Assembly: GCA_018829185.1 (NCBI GenBank)
Contig: JAHJUI010000014.1
Coordinates: forward strand, 1-56,680
From: Nanobdellota archaeon
GTDB taxonomy: Archaea > Nanobdellota > Nanobdellia > SCGC-AAA011-G17 > PNOQ01
Reading direction: 5' to 3'
DNA: 56,680 bases
The position numbers and the translations under genes are program-made. This document shows positions 1 through 7,795 of the stretch, one piece after another. Each line of letters opens with the position of its first letter. Position 1 is the stretch's first letter. The notes below the pieces were generated by a model. The model was given only the letters and a program-made list of their open reading frames with translations. It was not told the origin of the DNA and searched no databases.

Positions 1-84
1 AGTTACAATTAGAAATAGGTATAAAGAACTATTAAAAGAACTTAAATTAGATACAGAAGTTAAGAAGAAAAATATTAAGGTGGA

Positions 85-447
85 ATGAAAATGAAATACT
101 TAGTTGATGAAGGTCATGAAACTTTTGATGATGAGACTGATGTAATATCTGGTGGTTATATGCTTCCAGATGGTACTAAATGTTATGTAAATGAAGATGA
201 AGTAAATTCAGTGGAAGGGACAGAAGATATAGAAGTTCCTTTGGTTGAGCCTACAGCGCATGATAAAAAGGTTGCACGTAATTTGATTAAAGGCTGTACT
301 CTTTTGGCGAGATGCGGAACTCCTACTGAAAATAAGGGTATAGCAGATAGAACTATTCTTGGTTTAATGTTAGAGGATGATGAAGAATCTGGAGATAATC
401 TTCTTGATTATGAATTTGGTTTTTTTGAACTTAATGGAGGAGAATAA
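85..447 (+). CDS. hypothetical acidic protein
   Basis: 120-aa ORF with ATG start and TAA stop, tightly followed by the next ORF. No motif recognised. Confidence 0.45.
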   Translation: MKMKYLVDEGHETFDDETDVISGGYMLPDGTKCYVNEDEVNSVEGTEDIEVPLVEPTAHDKKVARNLIKGCTLLARCGTPTENKGIADRTILGLMLEDDEESGDNLLDYEFGFFELNGGE

Positions 448-449
448 AA

Positions 450-641
450 ATGGTAATAGATTACTCAAAATTAGATCCAGAAACAGGATGTTTAGAAGAA
501 CAAGAATTTGAAAAAGTTTTAAGTTATTTAAGAACAGATGAAGGCAAAGAGAATATGGCTGATGTTTTAAGAAGAATCCCTAAGGGAGATAGAGATGCTA
601 TATTGAATGATATTGTAGAAGGCAGCAGGATTGTTTTTTAG
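450..641 (+). CDS. hypothetical small protein
   Basis: 63-aa ORF starting 2 nt after the previous stop. Ends in TAG. Confidence 0.4.
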   Translation: MVIDYSKLDPETGCLEEQEFEKVLSYLRTDEGKENMADVLRRIPKGDRDAILNDIVEGSRIVF

Positions 642-700
642 AAACATTTATAAATCTCTTTCTTTATTTTTAAATTATCGAAAATAAGAGGTTGATATTC

Positions 701-988
701 ATGCCTAGCTCAGAAACAATAATAAAGGAATTAGCTAAAAACAATATTTCTCTGCAAAAAGTAACTATTAAACTTGTTGAAAATACAGATAAATTAAATA
801 AAAGAATTGATAAATTGCTTGGAATCTTTGAAGAAGCATCTAAACATGTTGGGGATGTTGATACTGATAAAGTTAGACAACTAACTATGAAATTAGATAA
901 TTTACTTGATCAAAATAGAGATTTAGCTAAAGGTTTACTTTTATTAGAAAAGTATGTTAGGGACAAAGAGTTTAGTACCCCTTTATAA
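701..988 (+). CDS. hypothetical coiled-coil protein
   Basis: ATG at 701 is preceded by AAGAGGTTGAT (SD-like). A GAAACATTTATAAAT promoter-like box lies at about 641-655. The sequence is heptad-like and rich in K, L, D and E. Confidence 0.5.
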   Translation: MPSSETIIKELAKNNISLQKVTIKLVENTDKLNKRIDKLLGIFEEASKHVGDVDTDKVRQLTMKLDNLLDQNRDLAKGLLLLEKYVRDKEFSTPL

Positions 989-1716
989 TGGACGAAATCA
1001 AATTCTTAGTTGATGAAACTCTTGAAGGAAGAGAGAAATTATTGAAAGATATAAATGAATTACTGGAATATAAACCAGTAGATCAACATGCGAGATTTTT
1101 AAGAGATTTTACTCATTGTTTGATTAAAGCTTCTGGTTTTAAACCTAGTACAGATTATAAACAAGTGCAACCTTTTGTTGGAAATACAAATGTTCATGTT
1201 ATTCAGAAATCTAGACCCTTAAAACCGTTGAGTTTTAAATTGCCCAAAGTTAGATTGATTCCAAGAGGTTCTAAAAAAGTACAAACTATGCGAACAGTTT
1301 CTAAGAAAAAAAGAGCACCATTAAATGTCCCTAAACCAATTCAATCTGGAATGCTTGATGATAAATTAGAAGTAAAGAATGGAAGTTATTATTATAATGT
1401 TAAGGAAAAAGTTAAACAAAATGAGTTTAAAGAAATGACAGCTTTGGTGCAAGATAATGATGTTAAAGCTATTTATTTTGAAGGAATGGGAAAACCAGTT
1501 TTAATTGATTATAAAGAAAAGGAAAAAGTTTATACTAAGGTTTTTTTGAAAGATTTGAAGAAAGTAAATAAAACAATAATGATTATTGCAAAAAAAGCTA
1601 AAGTTAAGATTAGTAAAAAAGATTCTTTCTTTGATGTTGTTTATAAAAATATGAGGATACAAGGAAATTTAGGTACAAAGTTTGCTAGTCCTAAATTAGT
1701 TATGAAAAAACTTTAA
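988..1716 (+). CDS. hypothetical protein resembling the N-terminal domain of FlaI/GspE-type secretion ATPases, with no ATPase domain
   Basis: The C-terminal half (VKAIYFEGMGKPVLIDYKEKEKVYTKVF...FFDVVYKNMRIQGNLG...PKLVMKK) looks like the N-domain that precedes Walker A in FlaI/VirB11-type ATPases. The ORF stops before any P-loop. Its 3' end overlaps the kae1 3' end. Confidence 0.4.
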   Translation: MDEIKFLVDETLEGREKLLKDINELLEYKPVDQHARFLRDFTHCLIKASGFKPSTDYKQVQPFVGNTNVHVIQKSRPLKPLSFKLPKVRLIPRGSKKVQTMRTVSKKKRAPLNVPKPIQSGMLDDKLEVKNGSYYYNVKEKVKQNEFKEMTALVQDNDVKAIYFEGMGKPVLIDYKEKEKVYTKVFLKDLKKVNKTIMIIAKKAKVKISKKDSFFDVVYKNMRIQGNLGTKFASPKLVMKKL

Positions 1717-2695
1717 CTTGGTCTGTTCTTTGGTAAGGATAAATTTTTGGATCTTTTGTTTTTAATTTGTATCCTGCTTTTACCATGCTGATACCTGTTG
1801 TTGCTATCATGGCACCGTTATCTACTAAATATTGATTTTCTGGAACAAAACATTTTGCATTTCTTTCTTTACACATTATTTTTGATTTTTCTTTTAGAAT
1901 AGTGTTGCAAGCTACTCCTCCGCCAAGTAATAATTCTTTTTTGTTACAATGTGCCATTGCTCTTTCTGAAACTTCTAGAAGCATTGCAAAAGTGGTTTCT
2001 TGTAATGAATAGCATAAATCTTCTATTTTGTATTTTTTTGAATCATATTTTTGTTTTAAATTTGTTAACATTCCTGTGAAAGATACATCCATTCCTTTTA
2101 CAACATAAGGTAATGGGATGAATTCTTTTCCTTTTTCTGCTAGTTTTGATATTTTTGGTCCGCCAGGAAATCCTAAACCAATGTATCTTGCAAATGAATC
2201 TATGAAGTTTCCAACACCTTGATCTAAAGTTTCTCCAAAAATTCTGTATTTTTGTGCTTCAAATGCAATTACTTGAGTGTTAGCTCCTGAAGCGTAAAGT
2301 AAAACAGGATCTTTTGCTTTTGTTAAGAATTTTCCAACTTCTAAATGAGCAACACAGTGATTAACTTCTACAAATGGAAGTTTTAGTTCCTTTACAATAT
2401 TTTGAGATACTTTTAAACAAGGTCCTAATCCTGGTGCTGCTGAATATGAGATAAAATCAATGTCTTTTAAAGAAACTTTTGCATTTTTTAATGCTTTATT
2501 TATTACTTCTTTGTATATTTTTTCATGGTGTTTTGCAGCTTCTATTGGGATTATACCCCCAGATTGGGTAGTGTAACTATTCTTTTCATTAGATAAAATC
2601 TTTTTAGAATTAGCTACAGCTGCTCCGAAAGTATCTCTGCATATTTTTTATTGTGCAGTACTTTCGATGCCAAGACACGTTATTCTATTTTCCAT
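1700..2695 (-). CDS. kae1: tRNA N6-adenosine threonylcarbamoyltransferase Kae1, interrupted by an 18-nt BHB intron (2635..2652)
   Basis: The minus-strand frame reads MENRITCLGIESTA, then an 18-nt interruption carrying TAA. It continues TFGAAVANS...GGIIPIEAAKHHEKIY...SAAPGLGPCLKV...VNHCVAHLE...ASGANTQVI...FGETLDQGVGN...GFPGGPKISKLAEKG...VKGMDVSFTG...LGGGVACN...DNGAMIA. This is a full-length Kae1/OSGEP-like protein, 325 aa after excision. The ORF track shows only the last 130 aa. Confidence 0.9.
2635..2652 (-). other. bulge-helix-bulge (hBHBh') mini-intron within kae1 mRNA
   Basis: Outer helix GAAAGUA(2665-2659)/UACUUUC(2633-2627). Central helix CUGC/GCAG (4 bp). 3-nt bulges ACA and AGA on opposite strands. 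Inner helix AUA/UAU with an AAAAA loop. Cutting after bulge nt 2 removes 18 nt in frame, including the TAA. Confidence 0.75.
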
Positions 2696-3904
2696 TTTGA
2701 TTTTGTTTCTCCTTTTGTTTATTCCTCCCTGTCTAATTATAATATTATGATTATTTAATACTTTTTGCATTATTTTTGTTGAAGAGAATCCTTCCTTTAA
2801 ATAATTATCTACTTCTTTTCCTAAATAAGCTGGCCAGTGATGATGAAGGCGCTTCGCTTTCATAATTTTTTCCATGAGTTGATACCTATAAGATTTAACA
2901 TGTGGACTAAATAGGGGCAATTCAATTGCTTTTTCTAATCTAAATTTAATTTGTCCTAAACTTCCTTTGTGCAAATAACTTTCTTCCCCATTTATGTTTA
3001 TAGTTTTTAATAATTCTTTAATGAATTTAGTATTTGGGCCAGTAATTATCCCTGCCCTGTGTGTTGTGATATCAATGTAACCATCAGAATCGGCTAAACC
3101 TTGCAAAAAGTAGATTTTAAATTCTTTTGGTGCTTTAATTAACCAGTTAGCTTTAATTGGATCATAAGTTGTTTTTTCTTTATTTTTTAATCCCAAACAC
3201 ACCTTGAATATCCATTGAATAAGTAAAGAAGATTGAGAGTGCCAAGCATAGAAATCATGTGTATTCCTTTTTCCTTTAGGGCAATTTTTACCTTGATTCA
3301 TTCTAAGCCCTATATTATTAGCACATAATTTAGTGAATTCTCCAAGCATTTTGTTTGTTTTGAATCTAGTTGAGAGTCTTAGTTGAATTCTTCTTGTGGT
3401 TCTATTTTTTCTTTTTATTTCCTTTTTAGAAGTATCTCCAACAAACATTCCCAATAAGTATGCGAAAAGAAGAGGTTTCATTTTTTCTATTGATTTAAAA
3501 TTTATGTTAAATTTATTGAAATCTTTTAAATTATTTATGGATTTAAGTTGTTTTATTACTTTAATTAAATCTCGATAACTATTTATCTTCTCCGGAACTT
3601 TTATCCACGGTTCTTTTAGTATTCCACCCCTTGTAGAATTTATTGCCAACCACTTATAATCTTTTTGTGGTTTTCTAAGATTTTTGGAATATTGTGAATA
3701 ATGAACTAAGTATGGCACACTTTTCAATCGGATCCATTTCTCGATTGTTCCTTTTGGGGTTTTTGTTTTATTTGATATTTCTTTCTCTAAAAATCCCTTT
3801 TTCTTTAAATAATCAACTTCTAAAAATTTTTTGAATCTTTCCTTTTCTTTATCGGAAAAATTTATGCTCCAAAAATAATTTATAAATTCTAGATCGTTAT
3901 TCAT
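2648..3904 (-). CDS. free-standing two-motif LAGLIDADG endonuclease-like protein with an N-terminal HTH-like region
   Basis: LAGLIDADG-like motifs LLFAYLLGMFVGDTS and IYFLQGLADSDGYI, both keeping the acidic residue. The ORF runs in frame through the kae1 ATG and stops at the TAA inside the kae1 intron. Confidence 0.8.
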   Translation of the reverse strand: MNNDLEFINYFWSINFSDKEKERFKKFLEVDYLKKKGFLEKEISNKTKTPKGTIEKWIRLKSVPYLVHYSQYSKNLRKPQKDYKWLAINSTRGGILKEPWIKVPEKINSYRDLIKVIKQLKSINNLKDFNKFNINFKSIEKMKPLLFAYLLGMFVGDTSKKEIKRKNRTTRRIQLRLSTRFKTNKMLGEFTKLCANNIGLRMNQGKNCPKGKRNTHDFYAWHSQSSLLIQWIFKVCLGLKNKEKTTYDPIKANWLIKAPKEFKIYFLQGLADSDGYIDITTHRAGIITGPNTKFIKELLKTININGEESYLHKGSLGQIKFRLEKAIELPLFSPHVKSYRYQLMEKIMKAKRLHHHWPAYLGKEVDNYLKEGFSSTKIMQKVLNNHNIIIRQGGINKRRNKIKMENRITCLGIESTAQ

Positions 3905-3926
3905 ATTTTATTGATGAGGTTTATTC

Positions 3927-3968
3927 TTTATAAATTCTTTTGTCGTACTTGTCATTGTTGTCACAGTG
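3927..3968 (-). promoter_or_regulatory. TATA box plus conserved upstream element CACTGTGACAACAATGACAAGTACG
   Basis: In gene sense: CACTGTGACAACAATGACAAGTACG, then 9 nt, then TTTATAAA, then about 24 nt, then ATG (3904). A near-identical element lies at 20291-20316 and a shorter version at 41282-41302. Confidence 0.5.
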
Positions 3969-4017
3969 TAGAAAAGTTAGTTTTTTAAGTTTTTTGTTAT
4001 TGTTATATTATGAGAAA

Positions 4018-4272
4018 ATGATGAATTTGAAAGGAATAAAAAAAGGACTTGTAACAATTTTATTGACTTGTTTTGCTACACCTGCTTTTTCTATATCAGA
4101 GCCTGATTCTACCTCTCAGCTAAAGAATACTTCTTTTGGAAAATATTATAATGATATATGTATTATTGATTCTGAAGGCAAAGGAGAGCCTGTTAGGATT
4201 GGATGGAGCTCTAACCCTGGATGGTCTCCTGATGGGAAGAATATAGTTTATCAAGTAGAATACCGTTATTAG
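4018..4272 (+). CDS. small secreted protein with a single PD40/TolB-like repeat
   Basis: MMNLKGIKKGLVTILLTCFATPAFS looks like a signal peptide. GWSPDGKNIVY is PD40-like. Ends in TAG. Confidence 0.35.
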   Translation: MMNLKGIKKGLVTILLTCFATPAFSISEPDSTSQLKNTSFGKYYNDICIIDSEGKGEPVRIGWSSNPGWSPDGKNIVYQVEYRY

Positions 4273-4314
4273 CCTATTCCGAAGTTTTATATATTTTTTG
4301 ATACTCTTTAAATC

Positions 4315-6108
4315 ATGCATTTTGGGGCAAAAAGTAGGATTGCTATTTTTTTGTTAGTTATTTTACTGTTTTCTTTTTTTGTTTATGCAAAAGGAATTTC
4401 TAATCTTGATTATATTGAACAGGAAGGGCCAAAGGAAATTGAGGATATAGAAGTTGTTGTAGAAGAGATTTCTCCTATTGATTTATGGATAGAAAAAATT
4501 TATTTTGAAGATGAATTAATTGCTAAGGAAGAATTGGATTTAATTGTTGAAATTGGTTCTAATTATCTTGAAGAAGTTGAAGTTGAAGTTAAAATTGAGA
4601 TAAAAGAGATTAGAGAAGGAGAAAATGATTTTGAAAAGGATAAATTTATGTTTGAATATAAAAAAGAAATTAAGTTTGCCAAAAAAGAAAAATTAATTTT
4701 TGGCCCGATAATATTTGATAAACCAGGGGAATATGATATTATTGCAACTATTGAATCTTCTGTAAAAGAAAAAGATAAGAAGAATAATGAAATTAGTGGT
4801 TTGTTTTTCTTTCCATTTTTAAGTTGTGAAGATGGAACTTACCATGATGAATGTAATAAAGATTTATTGTTTTGTGATAATGGAGAGTTAGTGGCTAATT
4901 GTGGTAAATGTGGTTGTGAAGAAGGTTTAGTTTGTGTTTCTGATGAATGTGTGGAAAGAGAATATGATGAAGGGATGTTAGGAACTAAAACTTTTTTTTA
5001 TGTTGGAAGAAAATTAGTTGCTCAGGAAAAAGATGATGAATTTAGTTATTATCATCATGATAATTTAGGAAGTGTTAGAAAAATTACTGATGAAAATGGA
5101 AGTGTTGTTTCTTCTTTTGAATATTTTCCTTTTGGTGAAAAATACAGTCAAGAAGGAGAAAGTGATTTTGAGTATACAGGACAAAAATTTGATTCAACTG
5201 GTTTGAATTATTATGGTGCTAGATATTATGATAGTTCTTTGGGTAGGTTTATTACATCTGATCCAGGACATGATGGAGTTAATTGGTATGCTTATGTTGG
5301 AAATAATCCTGTAACTAGGGTTGATCCAAATGGATTAGAAGATTATGATGTTAAATTAAAATATAAAGCATTGGGTTTTTCTTCTCCTAGGGAAGAGGGA
5401 ATTAGTTATACTTATAGTGAAGGAATTGGTATAAAATATGATTCAGTAAAAGGAGAATATTTAGATAATGCAAATGATGCTGGATGGAAATCTAGTTATA
5501 TACAAACCTTACCAGATGGATTTTTTACAGGTGTTGGAGCTTGTATAGGAATTGGTTTAGGAACATTCAAAAGTCACATAGATACTTTAGAAAGAGAGAT
5601 TATGGAAAATGCTAATAACGAATTTAATGTGGGTAGTTCTTCTAGTGGTGGAAATATAATTGCCACTGGTTTAAGTCCAGAAGCTAAATCTAAAATAGAT
5701 TTGTGGTATGCTGTGAGTGGTGTTCCTTTAATGGAAGATTGGCAGAAAGTTTATATGCATTATACTTTATTTGTTATTGTACGTGTTCCTGATTTCATAA
5801 ATGGATTAGAAGATTTTCCAGTTCCTGATCCTGTTACTTGGGTGACAGGTATTTTATTTCCCCATAGGATTCATGGTTTTAGTATGGTTCATTGTGATCT
5901 AAATGGTGCTGAACTTATTCGTGAAACTAGGCAATTAACTGCAGATAAGTTAGCAGGAAATAATCCTGATCCCTTTGCATGGAGCGGGGTTGTTCTTCCT
6001 GGAGGAAGGATGGATAGAGAACTCAATCCACATGCGTACAGTTGGCCAGATTTAGAAGATCAAAGAAGTGAAAGAACCGTTAGTGCAGAACTTATGTATT
6101 TAAATTAA
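4315..6108 (+). CDS. secreted polymorphic-toxin-type protein: signal/TM, CARDB-like and Cys-rich regions, RHS repeat-associated core, variable C-terminal domain
   Basis: YYHHDNLGSVRKITDENGSVV..FEYFPFGE...YTGQKFDSTGLNYYGARYYDSSLGRFITSDP...NWYAYVGNNPVTRVDPNGL is the RHS/YD core tip ending in the DPxGL motif (5323-5337). It is followed by about 255 aa with no recognisable family. Confidence 0.8.
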   Translation: MHFGAKSRIAIFLLVILLFSFFVYAKGISNLDYIEQEGPKEIEDIEVVVEEISPIDLWIEKIYFEDELIAKEELDLIVEIGSNYLEEVEVEVKIEIKEIREGENDFEKDKFMFEYKKEIKFAKKEKLIFGPIIFDKPGEYDIIATIESSVKEKDKKNNEISGLFFFPFLSCEDGTYHDECNKDLLFCDNGELVANCGKCGCEEGLVCVSDECVEREYDEGMLGTKTFFYVGRKLVAQEKDDEFSYYHHDNLGSVRKITDENGSVVSSFEYFPFGEKYSQEGESDFEYTGQKFDSTGLNYYGARYYDSSLGRFITSDPGHDGVNWYAYVGNNPVTRVDPNGLEDYDVKLKYKALGFSSPREEGISYTYSEGIGIKYDSVKGEYLDNANDAGWKSSYIQTLPDGFFTGVGACIGIGLGTFKSHIDTLEREIMENANNEFNVGSSSSGGNIIATGLSPEAKSKIDLWYAVSGVPLMEDWQKVYMHYTLFVIVRVPDFINGLEDFPVPDPVTWVTGILFPHRIHGFSMVHCDLNGAELIRETRQLTADKLAGNNPDPFAWSGVVLPGGRMDRELNPHAYSWPDLEDQRSERTVSAELMYLN

Positions 6109-6611
6109 TGAGTATAAGAATCAGCTATTTTATCTATTTCATCTGCTCTTTTTTTAAGCTCTGGATTTCCCGAATTCCTATAAAATTTACTAGCAAGATC
6201 TTTTGCTAATTTAAATTGTGATTTTGCTTGATCATTCATTCCCATTTCTAAATAAGCTATTCCTAAATCTAACCTATATTCTGGGAGATTTGGTTCTTTT
6301 TCCACACAATCTGAATAAGACTCAATTGCAGAAGAAAAATCTCCCCTGTACATTTCTCTATCCCCTGTATAATTTTGGCTAGCTGTTAAAGCTAATTGTG
6401 AACTTCTTTTAAAATCTAAATAAGGTCTATATTCATTAAAAAACAATCTTCCTTGATCTACACCTTCTTCTTGGAAAGGCATTCTTATTCCTATTTCACC
6501 TGGCTGATTTGCATAACTTGGACAAGTACAACCTAAACATGAAGCGGCTATTGCTGCAGCTGTTAAAAGTGCTAATGATGTTTTTGCTATTCTTGAGTTT
6601 TTTATTGACAT
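6105..6611 (-). CDS. TPR-like lipoprotein
   Basis: Signal peptide with a Cys-containing lipobox-like segment (AASCLGC). TPR-like segment LGIAYLEMGMNDQAKSQFKLA. Confidence 0.6.
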   Translation of the reverse strand: MSIKNSRIAKTSLALLTAAAIAASCLGCTCPSYANQPGEIGIRMPFQEEGVDQGRLFFNEYRPYLDFKRSSQLALTASQNYTGDREMYRGDFSSAIESYSDCVEKEPNLPEYRLDLGIAYLEMGMNDQAKSQFKLAKDLASKFYRNSGNPELKKRADEIDKIADSYTH

Positions 6612-6670
6612 TTTTACAAAAATTGAATATCAGTAAAGCTTAAAAATCTTTGCTTATTAGCTAAAATACT

Positions 6671-7270
6671 ATGAAACCATCTAGAATTGGGGCGATTGTT
6701 GCAGGAACATTGTTAAGTGTTGCTACCTTAACTGGTTGTACTAATTCTCCTGATCCACAACTTTGGGAAACTGCTCCTGTTATTTATGTTTCTAATCCTT
6801 TTGTTGAAAAAGAGTGTGAGAAATTTTATGAGGAGGGGATTTACAAGGCACAGATTGGGGACCATAAGGGAGCACTTGATAGTTTTTCAACTGTTCAAGG
6901 ATACAATGATTTTTATCAAATGGATGTTTCTTTTGAACAAGAAATAGATCTTAGATGTAGAGTTGCTATTTCTAATTATGAGGTTGGACATGAAGGGCTT
7001 GCTGAGTTCGTTTTATTAAATGCAGTTCAACATTTAGAAAAATCTTTACAAGAAGGGTTAGATCCTTATGAAGCAAAAAAAGCTAAATTAAAAATTGCTG
7101 GAGTTTATGATTGGATGGGAGAACATATAGAAGCTAGAATACACTTTTTAGAAGCATGGGATTATACCGTGGATAGCCAACAATTAACAGAAGATATTCA
7201 AAAAGCTAAAGAGAAACTTGGAAAGTATAAGGGAAGAAGTCCTTCTGAGTGGAGGCAGCAAAGAAGATGA
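6671..7270 (+). CDS. TPR-like lipoprotein
   Basis: MKPSRIGAIVAGTLLSVATLTGC lipobox. Helical-repeat content (YKAQIGDHKGALDSF). Confidence 0.6.
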   Translation: MKPSRIGAIVAGTLLSVATLTGCTNSPDPQLWETAPVIYVSNPFVEKECEKFYEEGIYKAQIGDHKGALDSFSTVQGYNDFYQMDVSFEQEIDLRCRVAISNYEVGHEGLAEFVLLNAVQHLEKSLQEGLDPYEAKKAKLKIAGVYDWMGEHIEARIHFLEAWDYTVDSQQLTEDIQKAKEKLGKYKGRSPSEWRQQRR

Positions 7271-7794
7271 GAGGAATCGCTAGAGCTGGTTTGATAACAT
7301 TGCTTGCATTGGGTGTAACTTTTGGTGGTTATGCTTCTGCAGAAATTCCTGTTAGTGAATCTATTGAAGTTCACGATGAATGTGATTGTCTTGCTATGGA
7401 TGGGGCAGTTTTTCAATTAATAGGATTTAAATGGGAAGATTTAACTGATTTACAAACCTCCTTGGATTACTTTGAATCTGCTCGAGATTGTTTTGAGGTT
7501 TCTGGAAAAGCTACTAATTGGAATTTTGATTATTGGAGCAACCTTGTTGAAGGAGATATTCATTTCTTAGAAGAAGATTATGACGAAGCATTAGTAGATT
7601 ATCTTGATGCTTTAGATCAGGAAATGAATATGACTATTCTTGAAAAATTAAGAAATACTCAATCAATGAGATCTAAGGTTCAACCTGAAAGAGAAGTACT
7701 AACTTTTGAACCAATTAGAGGAATGTATAAACCAGTTCATGAAATTCCTATTGAAGAAACTTCTTTGGGAAGAATTAAAGCTGTTTATCGTTAA
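7267..7794 (+). CDS. secreted TPR-like protein
   Basis: ATG at 7267 overlaps the previous TGA (ATGA). MRGIARAGLITLLALGVTFGGYASA looks like a signal peptide. GDIHFLEEDYDEALVDYLDAL is a TPR-like repeat. Confidence 0.55.
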   Translation: MRGIARAGLITLLALGVTFGGYASAEIPVSESIEVHDECDCLAMDGAVFQLIGFKWEDLTDLQTSLDYFESARDCFEVSGKATNWNFDYWSNLVEGDIHFLEEDYDEALVDYLDALDQEMNMTILEKLRNTQSMRSKVQPEREVLTFEPIRGMYKPVHEIPIEETSLGRIKAVYR

Positions 7795-7795
7795 A

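Noticed and set aside
3396-3578. 60-aa plus-strand ORF. Similar short ORFs lie at 4120..4320, 7198..7416, 17091..17297, 17352..17561, 18802..19080, 19378..19677, 20979..21233, 21655..21876, 22102..22323, 22499..22756, 27242..27457, 29145..29525, 46130..46360, 47369..47602, 48879..49280, 49338..49547, 49574..49931, 50306..50533 and 56470..56658.
   Set aside because: All are antisense to, or out of frame with, better-supported genes, or are low-complexity AT-driven frames without start signals.
3961-3968. The CACAGTG / CACTGTG heptamer in the conserved elements, read as a transposon terminal inverted repeat or an RSS-like recombination signal.
   Set aside because: No paired inverted copy brackets a discrete unit. 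There is no target-site duplication and no transposase or recombinase nearby. The position relative to the TATA boxes is constant, which favours a regulatory or cassette-boundary role.
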